64,000 bases of DNA from Nitrospirota bacterium (GTDB lineage: Bacteria; Nitrospirota; UBA9217): assembly GCA_035516175.1 (NCBI GenBank), contig DATJAO010000060.1, forward strand, positions 32,779 to 96,778. The letters run 5' to 3'. The first letter of the stretch is position 1, and every line of letters starts with the position of its first letter. The notes below the pieces were generated by a model. That model was not told the DNA's origin. It saw only the letters and a list, made by a program, of their open reading frames with translations, and ran no database searches. Below are positions 10,621-20,406 of the stretch, piece after piece. The translations under genes were made by a program, and so were the position numbers.

Positions 10621-11517
10621 TCATGCCTTTAGGCCCTTCATGTACTTCCCGATAATGGGAGTCAGATCCTTTTTCGTCTTGAACGGGATCAGGTTCTCGG
10701 GTGTCATGATCGTGCTCCTGAGCGACTCACTGCATCCGCACGCTCTCGTCTCCGGCAGGATCCGGACAGCTTCACGGATCATATCTTTCGATGTTTCGAT
10801 GTTCTTCTTCATGACCGCCAGCACTGCCTCGACGGACACGGCCTCTTCGCTGTGGTGCCAGCAGTCATAGTCCGTTGCCAGAGAAATGGTACTGTAGCAT
10901 ATCTCGGCCTCGCGAGCGAGTTTGGCCTCCGTGGCATTCGTCATGCCGATGACGTCGACGTCCCACTTCCGGTAGGTTAGCGACTCGGCGCGGGTCGAAA
11001 ACTGTGGCCCCTCCATGCACAGGTACGTACCGCCCCGGTGCACCGTGGCCCCTACGGCAATTCCTGACTTCACAAGAATCTCGAAGAGATAGGTACACAC
11101 CGGATCGGCCATGCCCACGTGCGCTACGATACCATTACCGAAGAAGGTGCTCCGCCTTTGCCTGGTGTGATCATAAAACTGGTCAGGAATCACGATATCA
11201 CCGGGCTTGATCTCTTCCTTCATGCTGCCGACTGCGCTCACCGAGATGATCCGCTCCACGCCCAGCTTCTTCATGCCGTAGATGTTCGCCTGGTAGTTGA
11301 TGTCCGTTGGTATAATGCGATGGCCGCGGCCGTGCCGGGGCAGGAACGCCACGCGCTTGCCGTGCAGCGTGCCGATGATGTAGTCGTCCGAGGGTTTGCC
11401 GAAGGGCGTCGTGACCTTCATGCTCATCACCTGGGTCAGCCCTTCCATTTCGTATAAGCCGCTGCCGCCGATAACACCGATGTTTATTTTTTCCGCTTTT
11501 GTACTCCGCTTTGCCAT
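10621..11517 (-). CDS. mtnP: S-methyl-5'-thioadenosine phosphorylase
   Basis: INIGVIGGSGLYEM, FLPRHGRGH and GMT(N)ATEAKLAREAE motifs of the MTAP/PNP family. Start moved to ATG 11517 (MAKRSTK...). Confidence 0.88.
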   Translation of the reverse strand: MAKRSTKAEKINIGVIGGSGLYEMEGLTQVMSMKVTTPFGKPSDDYIIGTLHGKRVAFLPRHGRGHRIIPTDINYQANIYGMKKLGVERIISVSAVGSMKEEIKPGDIVIPDQFYDHTRQRRSTFFGNGIVAHVGMADPVCTYLFEILVKSGIAVGATVHRGGTYLCMEGPQFSTRAESLTYRKWDVDVIGMTNATEAKLAREAEICYSTISLATDYDCWHHSEEAVSVEAVLAVMKKNIETSKDMIREAVRILPETRACGCSESLRSTIMTPENLIPFKTKKDLTPIIGKYMKGLKA

Positions 11518-11659
11518 TCTTGATAATTCCTTGAAACCACAGGGGACGCAGTTTTCGCAGACCAACGGAGATTACAAGGTGCTGAAACTGATGGTTCCTC
11601 GCCCTTTTCTTGTCGTTTCTTGGACCTCTGGATGCCGCGCTCCGAAATCCGTAATCGCC

Positions 11660-11926
11660 TCACCCTTGCGCCGCCTGCTCCTGTTCTGTTTTCTTGATTT
11701 CCACGGTCTCCAGGAGATCCACGGGTTTTTCGGGGATGATGGTCGAGATGGCGTGCTTATAAACGAGTTGCTGATTCTCCTGCTTCATAAGAATAACGAA
11801 GTTGTCGAAGCCCTTGATTATTCCTGTAAGCCGTGCTCCGTTCACGAGGTACATCGTCACCGGGATCTTTTCCTTGCGCATCTGGTTCAAAAAAACGTCC
11901 TGAAGATTAACCTGCGACTTACCCAT
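11660..11926 (-). CDS. hfq: RNA chaperone Hfq
   Basis: [40 protein letters not shown]...YKHAISTI covers the Sm1/Sm2 motifs. Start at ATG 11926 with a GGAGGGG RBS. Lies downstream of miaA. Confidence 0.93.
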   Translation of the reverse strand: MGKSQVNLQDVFLNQMRKEKIPVTMYLVNGARLTGIIKGFDNFVILMKQENQQLVYKHAISTIIPEKPVDLLETVEIKKTEQEQAAQG

Positions 11927-11995
11927 CCACCCCTCCATGAAGCATGAAGCGAGATACGCTCTTCACGGCTGCTTCAACCTGAATATTTTTTTATC

Positions 11996-12943
11996 TTATA
12001 CCAACTTGTTTGAAATTTCAATGTTTTTCTTTATCCGCGCTACGATCTCTCCCGTATTGACAAGCCCACTAATGTCAATCCACTGAGCCTCTGGCTCCCT
12101 TCTGAACCAGGTGAACTGACGTTTGGCAAACCGTTTTGTGTCACGCTTGAGAAGGGTAACGGCCTCATCCTGCGAAGTCTTGCCGAGAAGATAGTCCATA
12201 AACTGCTTGTAACCCAGCCCCTGCATCGAGGGAAGCTCTGGCCTGCATCCCCGCTCCAACAGGGTTTTCACCTCGGCCTCAAGCCCGTCGATGACCATCT
12301 GGTCTACTCGTTTCTCTATCCGGGGATAGAGTTCCGTTCGCGACCTGACAAGAAAGAGCAGTCGGAAGCGGTATGGCCTGTCCCGGAACGAATGTTCCCG
12401 CTGGAATTCCGAAAGTTTCCTATCCTTGAGGTGATAGACCTCAAGTGCCCTAACCGTACGCCGGAGATCGTTCGGATGGATTTTAATCGCTGCCTCGGGA
12501 TCGACTTTCACCAGGTCGGAATAGAGCATCCCCGGTTCACTTTCGGCCTCTCGCTGAAGCAGGCGTTCGCGCAAGTCGAGGTCTGCAGGAGGACCATGGA
12601 ACAGCCCGCGCGTGAGCGCGCGGATATAAAGCCCCGTCCCGCCGACAACGATGGGAGTCCCGCCGGAGGAGATGATGCCATCGATCGCCGCCCGCGCATC
12701 TCTAAGATAGTCGCCCACACTGTACGGTTGGTGAGGCTCCACAATGTCGATCATATGATGGTACACGATTCTGCGCTGCTCCCTAGAGGGCTTGGCCGTG
12801 CCGATGTCCATACCGCGGTAGATCTGCATGGAGTCGGCGCTTACGATCTCTGCACAGAGTTCCTGCGCCAGAAGGATGGACGTATCGGTTTTGCCCACGG
12901 CAGTGGGCCCGGCGATGATAAGTATGGGTTTGTCTTTAGACAT
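11996..12943 (-). CDS. miaA: tRNA dimethylallyltransferase
   Basis: P-loop IIAGPTAVGKT, the SADSMQIYRGMDIGTAKP motif, and the mutL-miaA-hfq gene order. Confidence 0.92.
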   Translation of the reverse strand: MSKDKPILIIAGPTAVGKTDTSILLAQELCAEIVSADSMQIYRGMDIGTAKPSREQRRIVYHHMIDIVEPHQPYSVGDYLRDARAAIDGIISSGGTPIVVGGTGLYIRALTRGLFHGPPADLDLRERLLQREAESEPGMLYSDLVKVDPEAAIKIHPNDLRRTVRALEVYHLKDRKLSEFQREHSFRDRPYRFRLLFLVRSRTELYPRIEKRVDQMVIDGLEAEVKTLLERGCRPELPSMQGLGYKQFMDYLLGKTSQDEAVTLLKRDTKRFAKRQFTWFRREPEAQWIDISGLVNTGEIVARIKKNIEISNKLV

Positions 12944-13172
12944 AGTCTAGCAGATCATTCTCTCGACCGAAAGTTCGTTTTTCCCCCAACTTTTTATTAT
13001 TGCATCAAGCTGATATGCCGTATCGTGTCCGACAGAAAGGCATGAATCCGGCAAGCCCCGACCAGGCCTTGCCCGCAGGAAAGAATAACCGGATCTAGTT
13101 ACAAAAATCGTTCTCCATGGGGCTGGTACCGATGGGATGAATCGGGATAGTTATTGCTCATGGGACTTCGTC

Positions 13173-13315
13173 TTTGACATATTCTCCCTGAGGTCGGCAT
13201 CACCGACCAACGGAGCCGCTCCCTTCAACAGTTGCCAGAAAAGGTCTTCTCAGATGATACGCATGGCACAACCGGAGTCGCCGACACCTATAACTGCGGT
13301 TTTGACATTCTCCCC
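13173..13315 (-). repeat. two copies of the GGGAGAAT(AT)GTCAAA pseudo-start motif in the mutL-miaA spacer
   Basis: Plus-strand tttgacatattctccc (13173-13188) and tttgacattctcccc (13301-13315). On the minus strand each reads SD-like GGGAGAA + ATGTCAAA and opens only a 9- or 6-codon ORF (MSKTKSHEQ*, MSKPQL*). The real miaA start is ATGTCTAAAGAC. Confidence 0.6.
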
Positions 13316-13604
13316 GGCCGAAAGAGAGGGGATTTTACGGCACAAATTAATAAATATAGTGGGAACGGTTCATAGCAGATGTCATTCACTCGCTTCTTTA
13401 GCTTTTCTCGATGCCCACTTAATGAAGCTTTACCGGGTGCGCCGCCCTTTTCCGAACTCTCATGTTGAGCATCTCTACCGTAACCGAAAAAGCCATGGCA
13501 AAATAGATATACCCCCTCGGAATGTGGAAATCGAATCCTTCCGCGATCATAGTTACGCCGTGAGAACATCAAACGACAACGGCGATGACGATCTACCGTG
13601 ACCC

Positions 13605-15419
13605 CTATACCCTCTTAAACATTTTCCTGATATCGTTCAGGGGAAGACGTATGATCGTTGGCCTTCCGTGCGGGCAGGTATGCGGCATACGACACCGGAA
13701 AAGATCGCTGATCAGCTTCTCCATCTCCTTCTGGTCAAGGTGCCGATGGACTTTGATGGCAGGATGACAAGCCATCACGCTCAGGATCTTGTCTCGAAAC
13801 TCGTCCATCTTCCTGCTCTCCCCAAAGACATTCACTTCATCGAGAACATCGAGCACCAGCTTCCGGTAATCCGCACCAACGAGAAGTGACGGCACGGCTT
13901 TGATCATGAACGTCCCGCCGCCGAATTCTTCGACTGTGAACCCGAGCCGGTTGAACTCGGGTAAATACTCCGAAAGCAGGCTGCTCTGGGCCGGTCCGAG
14001 CTCAACCTGATCCGGCATGAGCAGGGACTGGACGGGAATATTTCTGTTGTCGAACTGGTCCTGGAGCTTCTCGAACAACACACGCTCATGCGCAGCATGC
14101 TGGTCGATGATCGCCATTCCTTCCTCTGATTGGGCAATGATGAAGGAATCGTGGACTTGGGCGAGTGGATACAAGTTTTGTTCAGGGCTTCCGGATGGCC
14201 GGGCTTGGGGATCCGCATAGCTCTCTCGCTGCACAGAAGAGTCATGGTCATACGAAAGAGGTGCGGTTCCGACATCGTTCTTTCTGCGTCCGAAAAAGGG
14301 AGATGGTTTTGTCGTATTTGATCCGTCTTCTTGCATGGTCTGATTCCTGAGATAATCCGCAAGGGCTTCGCTCACCCCCTCAGCATGAGACCGGTATGTC
14401 GTTACCGCCGCGTCAGCCACACGTATTCCTTGAGTCCGCAGTCCTTCCCTGATCACATCCCGGACAAGATCATGTATCTGTGATTGATTGCGGAACCGCA
14501 CTTCGGCCTTGGCTGGATGAACATTCACATCCACTAGTGCCGGATCGATCTCGATAAAGATAAAGCCCACGGGATGCCGGTCTCGCATAAGCATGTCATG
14601 GCAAGCGCTATAAAGGGCGTGTGTAAGTGACGGGTTCTTCACTGCGCGGCGGTTCACATAGAAGTCCTGATATGTCCGATCTGCCCTTGTGTACGGAGGG
14701 CGGCCGATAAGGCCGTAGATTCTTATCCCGTCCCGATTCCCCTCGAAATCCATCAGGTTTTCAGCAATTTCATTGCCATAAAGCTGGAATGTCCGCTCCT
14801 TCAGACTCATGGATGTTGGGAGGTCGAGTACCGTTTTTTTGTTATGGGTGAGCCGGAACCGGATGTCGGGATGGGCCATGGCCTGACGGGACACGGCAGA
14901 AACAATATGCGAGAATTCGGTTGCTGCGCTTTTCAGGAATTTAAGCCGTGCTGGTGTGTTATAGAACAGGTGGTTTATTTCAATGGAGGTGCCTTGTGGC
15001 GCTGCGGCATCAGTAATGACCTTTATAGCATCACCCTTGATCTCGATAAGCACACCTGCTGCCGTGCCCTTTACTGCGGTGACCATTCTTACCTGTGACA
15101 CGGCGGCAATGCTCGAAAGTGCCTCGCCTCGAAAACCCATGGTGCGTATGGCCTCCAGGTCTGCATCCGAAGTTATCTTGCTCGTGGCATGGCGCTGGAA
15201 GGCGGTCTGCGCGTCCTGCTTCGACATTCCGCTCCCGTTGTCGGTAATCCGGATCAGACGCCTGCCTGCCTGTTCGATGTCGATGAATATTTCAGACGCA
15301 CCTGCATCGATCGAGTTTTCAATCAGTTCTTTGACCGCCGATGCCGGTCTTTCGACCACTTCACCTGCGGCGATCTTGTTCACAACGTGGTCTGGGAGTA
15401 TATTTATTTTATCAGGCAT
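13605..15419 (-). CDS. mutL: DNA mismatch repair protein MutL
   Basis: GHKL ATPase N-terminus (VVNKIAAGEVVERPASAVKELIENSIDAGA) and MutL C-terminal dimerisation domain. Confidence 0.93.
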   Translation of the reverse strand: MPDKINILPDHVVNKIAAGEVVERPASAVKELIENSIDAGASEIFIDIEQAGRRLIRITDNGSGMSKQDAQTAFQRHATSKITSDADLEAIRTMGFRGEALSSIAAVSQVRMVTAVKGTAAGVLIEIKGDAIKVITDAAAPQGTSIEINHLFYNTPARLKFLKSAATEFSHIVSAVSRQAMAHPDIRFRLTHNKKTVLDLPTSMSLKERTFQLYGNEIAENLMDFEGNRDGIRIYGLIGRPPYTRADRTYQDFYVNRRAVKNPSLTHALYSACHDMLMRDRHPVGFIFIEIDPALVDVNVHPAKAEVRFRNQSQIHDLVRDVIREGLRTQGIRVADAAVTTYRSHAEGVSEALADYLRNQTMQEDGSNTTKPSPFFGRRKNDVGTAPLSYDHDSSVQRESYADPQARPSGSPEQNLYPLAQVHDSFIIAQSEEGMAIIDQHAAHERVLFEKLQDQFDNRNIPVQSLLMPDQVELGPAQSSLLSEYLPEFNRLGFTVEEFGGGTFMIKAVPSLLVGADYRKLVLDVLDEVNVFGESRKMDEFRDKILSVMACHPAIKVHRHLDQKEMEKLISDLFRCRMPHTCPHGRPTIIRLPLNDIRKMFKRV

Positions 15420-15876
15420 ACGAGCACAATTTCAACGGGGATCGCGCCTCACGAAAAGGTATCGATCCAGTACAGAATGGCGTGAATACTGCCTGCCCGG
15501 GATTTTCAGCGTTCGATTGCTTTGAACGATCAAACGCGCTCGTTTGCTTCTCGCGGGCGCTAAGGCCGAGAAGCCTTTCCTTCATACCGAACTCGCTTTT
15601 CATCTCACGGATATGCATATCGTTCATGTAATAGCAGAGCATATCGCCGCGCACATCGATTTTCTGCCAAGTAGTCAGCGCTCGATCCGTTTTTCCTGAA
15701 TTACAGTATTTCTAGGGGATCAGCTCTGGTTGCTATGTGCCGTATCGATAGAGCTCAATTTTGCCTGTCCGCGAACGGAAACAATGAACTGATGGGAATT
15801 TTCACGGTCATTCCCGGCCCAAGCCTTATGCCTCCGTCCGCCTTGGCTGTAGTATACTCGGCAACACGTCAATTGC

Positions 15877-17211
15877 TCAATAACTCAACTTTGCCTTTCC
15901 CAGGTTTGCAACCACCACGATCACCAAGCTGTCGGGATGAAGATACTTCTGCGCTACCCGTTTGATATCTTCGCTGGTCACAGCGTTTATCATCGCAGAG
16001 TACTTCTGAGGATAATCGAGACCGAGGTTATAGATCTCGATAGACGTCAGCATCCCGGCAATCTTCGCGTATGTGTCCACCTTCAATGGGAAACTTCCCG
16101 TTAGGTATGCCTTGGCATCGGCAAGTTCCTTGTCGGATACAGGCTCAGCCTGTATCCTCCGGATTTCCTTCAGCGTCTCGGCAATCACTTCGTTCGCTGA
16201 CTCATTCTTCGTCTTGATGCTGACCGAGAATGCTCCCGGTTCCTTCTGCGCGGAAAATACGCTGTGCACGTCATATGCCAGCCCTTTGTTATCGCGAATA
16301 TTATCCATAAGCCGGGAAGAAAATCCACCCCCGCCGAGTATGTAGTTCATGATCATCACGGCGTAGTAGTCGGGGTTTTCCCTGCTGATGCCGATATTGC
16401 CCATCTCGATATTCGCCTGGGTAATGTTCTTGTCGATCTTTTGTACTACGGTTTTCTCGATTGCCGTCGGCGGAATGGAGGCAGGAAGGGGCTGATCGCT
16501 CCGCTTCCATCCCTTGAAGTATTCCTGGAGAAGAGCAATTATCTCTTTTTCGTTCACGTCCCCTACCACGGCAACGATAGTGCTTTTTGGACTGTAGCGT
16601 ACTGAATAGAAATTTAAGATGTCCTGCCGCGTGAGTTTTGGCAAATAGGCTGCCACATCGTCGCTCGTCCTCCCATACGCATGTCTGCCGTATACCGCTT
16701 TCTTGAATGCCTCACCGGCAACGATGCCTGGTTCTTCTTTCTGCCGCTGGATCTGGGCAAGAATTTCCTTGACCTTGCGGTCGATCTCTTTCTGGTCGAA
16801 AACGGGATTCATGAGGACATCGGAGAGCAGGTCAAGGCCCGTCCGTATGTCCTTCCTGAGAACCCGCAGGCTTGCCGAGGCGAAGTCGTTTCCCCCGGAT
16901 ACGGAGAGCGACCCGCCGATGAAGTCGATCTCGCTGTTGATCCTGCCGGCCGGCCTTTTTGACGTCCCCTGCATGAGCAGCGACGCAGTGATCGATGCAA
17001 GGCCGGGCTTGTCCTCGGGTTCCGCTGTGCTCCCTGCCTTGATCGCCATGTTCACCGTGACCATAGGAATGTCATGCTTTTCTGAGAGTAACAGGACCAT
17101 GCCGTTGTCGAGAGGGATGCGCTTGCCGATCAGCTCGGCGGCGGATGTTTTTTGGGAGAATTGACAAACCACCGTTAATATAACAAGAAGTATGAACCTT
17201 TTAAGCCTCAT
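15877..17211 (-). CDS. M16-family peptidase, non-catalytic (beta-like) subunit
   Basis: M16 fold, but the HxxEH position reads ASLLMQG. Signal peptide MRLKRFILLVILTVV.... Start taken at ATG 17211 with GAGG upstream. Immediately downstream of the active M16 gene. Confidence 0.8.
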   Translation of the reverse strand: MRLKRFILLVILTVVCQFSQKTSAAELIGKRIPLDNGMVLLLSEKHDIPMVTVNMAIKAGSTAEPEDKPGLASITASLLMQGTSKRPAGRINSEIDFIGGSLSVSGGNDFASASLRVLRKDIRTGLDLLSDVLMNPVFDQKEIDRKVKEILAQIQRQKEEPGIVAGEAFKKAVYGRHAYGRTSDDVAAYLPKLTRQDILNFYSVRYSPKSTIVAVVGDVNEKEIIALLQEYFKGWKRSDQPLPASIPPTAIEKTVVQKIDKNITQANIEMGNIGISRENPDYYAVMIMNYILGGGGFSSRLMDNIRDNKGLAYDVHSVFSAQKEPGAFSVSIKTKNESANEVIAETLKEIRRIQAEPVSDKELADAKAYLTGSFPLKVDTYAKIAGMLTSIEIYNLGLDYPQKYSAMINAVTSEDIKRVAQKYLHPDSLVIVVVANLGKAKLSY

Positions 17212-17249
17212 TTTGTCGCCTCGCGTTTTCATTGTAAAATTTGCAATGC

Positions 17250-18569
17250 TCAATTCTTTGTTGGCACCAGTATCCCTACCGTCCTATTGTCCTCTGAGAA
17301 ATAATCTTTTGCCACACGCTGAATGTCTTCCTTAGTGACCGCATGGATGTTCTCCAGGTATTTCTCAAGCAGTTTCCTGTTCGCGACGCTCTCATACTCA
17401 CCGAGAAGCATGGCCTGGTAGAATACGGAATCCTGCCCCATGATGAATCCCGCTTCAATCTGGTTCTTTGCCTTCTGGAGCTCTTCGTCGGCAACCGGCG
17501 TTGTCTTAAGCTTTTCGATCTCGGTATAGAGCGCCTTCTCCACCTCCTCTGTAGTCTTACCGGGCATCACACCGGCATAGACGTAGAACAGATTCGGATC
17601 GTTTGAGATATTATCGTAATCGCCTCCGGCGTAGATAGCGAGCTGTTTTTCGTATACCAGCGACTTGTACAGGCGGGAACTCTTGCCCGAGGAGAGAATG
17701 CCTTGCAGGACCTCGAGGGCATAAGAGTCCTTGTCCTTGAGATCAGGCGTATGGTATCCGGCAAAAACAGCCGGAAGCTCTGCCTGTTTCTTAACGATGA
17801 TCCTGCGTTCACCCAGCTGTTTGGGCTCGACAGCAGCGACCCTTGGTACATCTGGTCCGCGCGGAATGGGGCCGAAATACTTTTCTATTTGCGGAAGGAG
17901 CGTCTTCGTATCGAAATCACCAGCCACAACGATGGTGGCATTGTTTGGTGCGTAGTAGGTGTGATAGTGATTATAGAGATCGTCGCGGGTAATGTTATTG
18001 ATGTCCGCCATCCAGCCGATCACCGGCCATTCATAGGGATGGGCAATGAAAGCCGCTGCCGTCATCTCTTCCACCATAGTCGATGTCGGGTCATCATCCG
18101 TTCTCATGCGGCGCTCTTCCTTAACCACCTCCCGTTCGGAGATGAACTCCTTCGGATCAATGAGCAAGTTCTGCATGCGGTCGGACTCGAGATCGAGCGC
18201 GATGCCGATACGGTCTGCGGCAAAGTTCTCGAAGTAGGCGGTATAGTCCTTGCCGGTGAATGCGTTGTCATCTCCTCCGTTCCGCATCACAGTCTGGGAA
18301 AAGGTCTTGGGCCCATACTTTTTCGTTCCCTTGAACATCATGTGTTCAAGCATGTGCGAGATGCCGGTCGTCCCGAGCTTTTCGTTCCGTGATCCGACCT
18401 TGTACCAGATCTGAAACGTTATCACCGGCGCCTTATGCTCTTCTTTGAGCAACACCTTGAGCCCGTTGGGCAGAACTTTTTCGGTAACGTTCATGTCCTG
18501 CCCCAAGGCAGACGTTACAACGAATACAGCATACAGGAACAGCAGTATTACTGATTTTACATATTTCAT
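17250..18569 (-). CDS. M16-family zinc peptidase, catalytic subunit
   Basis: HMLEHMMFKG (HxxEH) motif and signal peptide MKYVKSVILLFLYAVFVVTSALG. Start moved to ATG 18569 because the longer ORF would overlap dut. Confidence 0.85.
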   Translation of the reverse strand: MKYVKSVILLFLYAVFVVTSALGQDMNVTEKVLPNGLKVLLKEEHKAPVITFQIWYKVGSRNEKLGTTGISHMLEHMMFKGTKKYGPKTFSQTVMRNGGDDNAFTGKDYTAYFENFAADRIGIALDLESDRMQNLLIDPKEFISEREVVKEERRMRTDDDPTSTMVEEMTAAAFIAHPYEWPVIGWMADINNITRDDLYNHYHTYYAPNNATIVVAGDFDTKTLLPQIEKYFGPIPRGPDVPRVAAVEPKQLGERRIIVKKQAELPAVFAGYHTPDLKDKDSYALEVLQGILSSGKSSRLYKSLVYEKQLAIYAGGDYDNISNDPNLFYVYAGVMPGKTTEEVEKALYTEIEKLKTTPVADEELQKAKNQIEAGFIMGQDSVFYQAMLLGEYESVANRKLLEKYLENIHAVTKEDIQRVAKDYFSEDNRTVGILVPTKN

Positions 18570-18609
18570 TATCGATTCACCAACCTTCATTTTGGACTTT
18601 GAATTTGCC

Positions 18610-19065
18610 TTATCTCGCTCCTGTGTGTCCGAACCCTCCCTCCCCCCTCGCGGTCTCGGACAGCACATCCACCCTCATGAGCTTAGCCTTCTCAATCTTT
18701 GCGAAAATAATCTGGGCAATGCGGTCGCCACGGTGAATGATGAACGGCTTAGCACTGAAATTGAAAAGGATGACACCGATCTCGCCGCGGTAATCGGCGT
18801 CGATGGTGCCAGGCGCGTTCAGCATACCAATGCCGTGCTTGAGCGCGAGACCGCTCCGGGGCCGCACCTGACCTTCATATCCTTCGGGAATAGCAATCGC
18901 AATACCTGTCGGGACGAGTTTCCACATTCCCGCCTCGATGACCGTCTCTCCAGCGACAGCTGCGTACAGGTCAACGCCGGCAGAGTGTTCTGTCTGGTAG
19001 TGCGGGATGGGGAGTCCTTCGGAATTTTTAAGCTGTGTTATGTGAACAACGAGATGGCTGGGCAT
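18610..19065 (-). CDS. dut: dUTP diphosphatase
   Basis: dUTPase motifs [44 protein letters not shown]. Confidence 0.92.
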   Translation of the reverse strand: MPSHLVVHITQLKNSEGLPIPHYQTEHSAGVDLYAAVAGETVIEAGMWKLVPTGIAIAIPEGYEGQVRPRSGLALKHGIGMLNAPGTIDADYRGEIGVILFNFSAKPFIIHRGDRIAQIIFAKIEKAKLMRVDVLSETARGEGGFGHTGAR

Positions 19066-19149
19066 ATTTTTTTGACGACAGCATTAGCATAGAGCATTGT
19101 GTTGTCATCCCATTCGCTCCATAAATCTACGAGCGCTGCACTTTGACGA

Positions 19150-20406
19150 TTATATTTCCAAAACCGAATCCGGCACATCAGCCCTGCTCAGCGGGCCGAG
19201 GATCGCGAGCGACAGATTGTCCCGTGTAAATAGTTGCTGGGCGAGCCGCTGCACCTGCTCTGCGGTCACTTTTTCGACGCCCCTAATGATATCATCGATC
19301 GAGATATATTTGCCAAAATAGATCTCCTGTCTCGCCAGCCTGCTCATGTGGCTGTTGCTGCTCTCGAGGGAAAGGACAAGGTTCCCTTTGATCTGGTTCT
19401 TTACCCGCATCTCTTCCGCCGGCGTTATGCCCTCGTCCTTGATCTTCTTGAGCTCCCTGGTCACGAGCCGCAGCACCTCAAGCGTGTTCGTCGGATCGGT
19501 TCCGGCATACACCGTCAGCAGCCCCGTATCGCGGTACGAGGTCACATAAGAATAGATGGAATAAGCGAGTGCGTTCTGTTCGCGCACCTCCTGAAACAGT
19601 CGAGAGCTCATGCTGTTTCCAAGCACGGTGTTGAGCGCGGAGATCACATAGCGGTCATCGTGCATATAATTCATTCCCCGGCACCCGATACAGACCTGCA
19701 CCTGCTCAAGCTGTTTCTTCCTCACCGCCACGGCATGGCTGAAAGCAGGAGTCGCCTCTTTCTTGGGAATGCCTGCCCGCGATAGCCTTCCGAAGCTCTT
19801 ATCCAGAAGCTCGATCAGTCGGGCGTGTTCGAAATTGCCGGCAACGGATATCACGATCTCCTTAGGGCTGTAATAATGCTCGATATAGGAGATGATATCC
19901 TGGTGCTTGAGCGCTTTGATGGTCTCTTTTGTACCGAGGATGGGGCGGCCTAACGGATTGTCGGGCCAGACCGTGCTCGTGAAAAACTCGTGGATATAGT
20001 CATCGGGCGTGTCTTCCACTCCCTTAATCTCCTCAAGGATTACCTTGCGTTCCTTTTCCATTTCAATGGGGTCGAACTTGGAGCCAAGGAGAATGTCCGA
20101 CAGGATATCGACGGCCACCGGAAGGTGCTCGTCCACGACCTTGGCATAATAGGTGGTCGTTTCCTGCGAGGTGAAGGCATTCATCTCACCGCCAAGAGAG
20201 TCCATTTCGATCGCAATATCCTTGGCGGTCCTCTTCTCCGTTCCCTTGAAGAACAGATGCTCGATGAAGTGTGATATCCCGCCTATCTCCTCCGGTTCAT
20301 GGCGAGATCCCACCTTTACCCACACGCCTATGGAGACGGACCGCGATTTCGGCAGGGTTTCGGACACGACCCGTATCCCGTTGGAAAGGGTGTCTTTTCT
20401 GTACAT
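19150..20406 (-). CDS. M16-family zinc peptidase (cytoplasmic processing-peptidase type)
   Basis: GISHFIEHLFFKGT (HxxEH), no signal peptide, 418 aa. Confidence 0.88.
   Translation of the reverse strand: MYRKDTLSNGIRVVSETLPKSRSVSIGVWVKVGSRHEPEEIGGISHFIEHLFFKGTEKRTAKDIAIEMDSLGGEMNAFTSQETTTYYAKVVDEHLPVAVDILSDILLGSKFDPIEMEKERKVILEEIKGVEDTPDDYIHEFFTSTVWPDNPLGRPILGTKETIKALKHQDIISYIEHYYSPKEIVISVAGNFEHARLIELLDKSFGRLSRAGIPKKEATPAFSHAVAVRKKQLEQVQVCIGCRGMNYMHDDRYVISALNTVLGNSMSSRLFQEVREQNALAYSIYSYVTSYRDTGLLTVYAGTDPTNTLEVLRLVTRELKKIKDEGITPAEEMRVKNQIKGNLVLSLESSNSHMSRLARQEIYFGKYISIDDIIRGVEKVTAEQVQRLAQQLFTRDNLSLAILGPLSRADVPDSVLEI

Noticed and set aside
13240-13320. Fragment KTAVIGVGDSGCAM and its nucleotide similarity to the miaA 5' end (KPILIIAGPTAVGK).
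   Set aside because: A hand alignment gives only about 50% nucleotide identity over 39 nt. That is not distinguishable from chance in GC-rich DNA without a proper statistical search.
13137-13601. 154-aa (+) and 94-aa (-, 13288..13572) ORFs filling the mutL-miaA gap.
   Set aside because: No RBS, no family resemblance, implausible composition, and the two ORFs overlap each other. The region is treated as non-coding or decayed.
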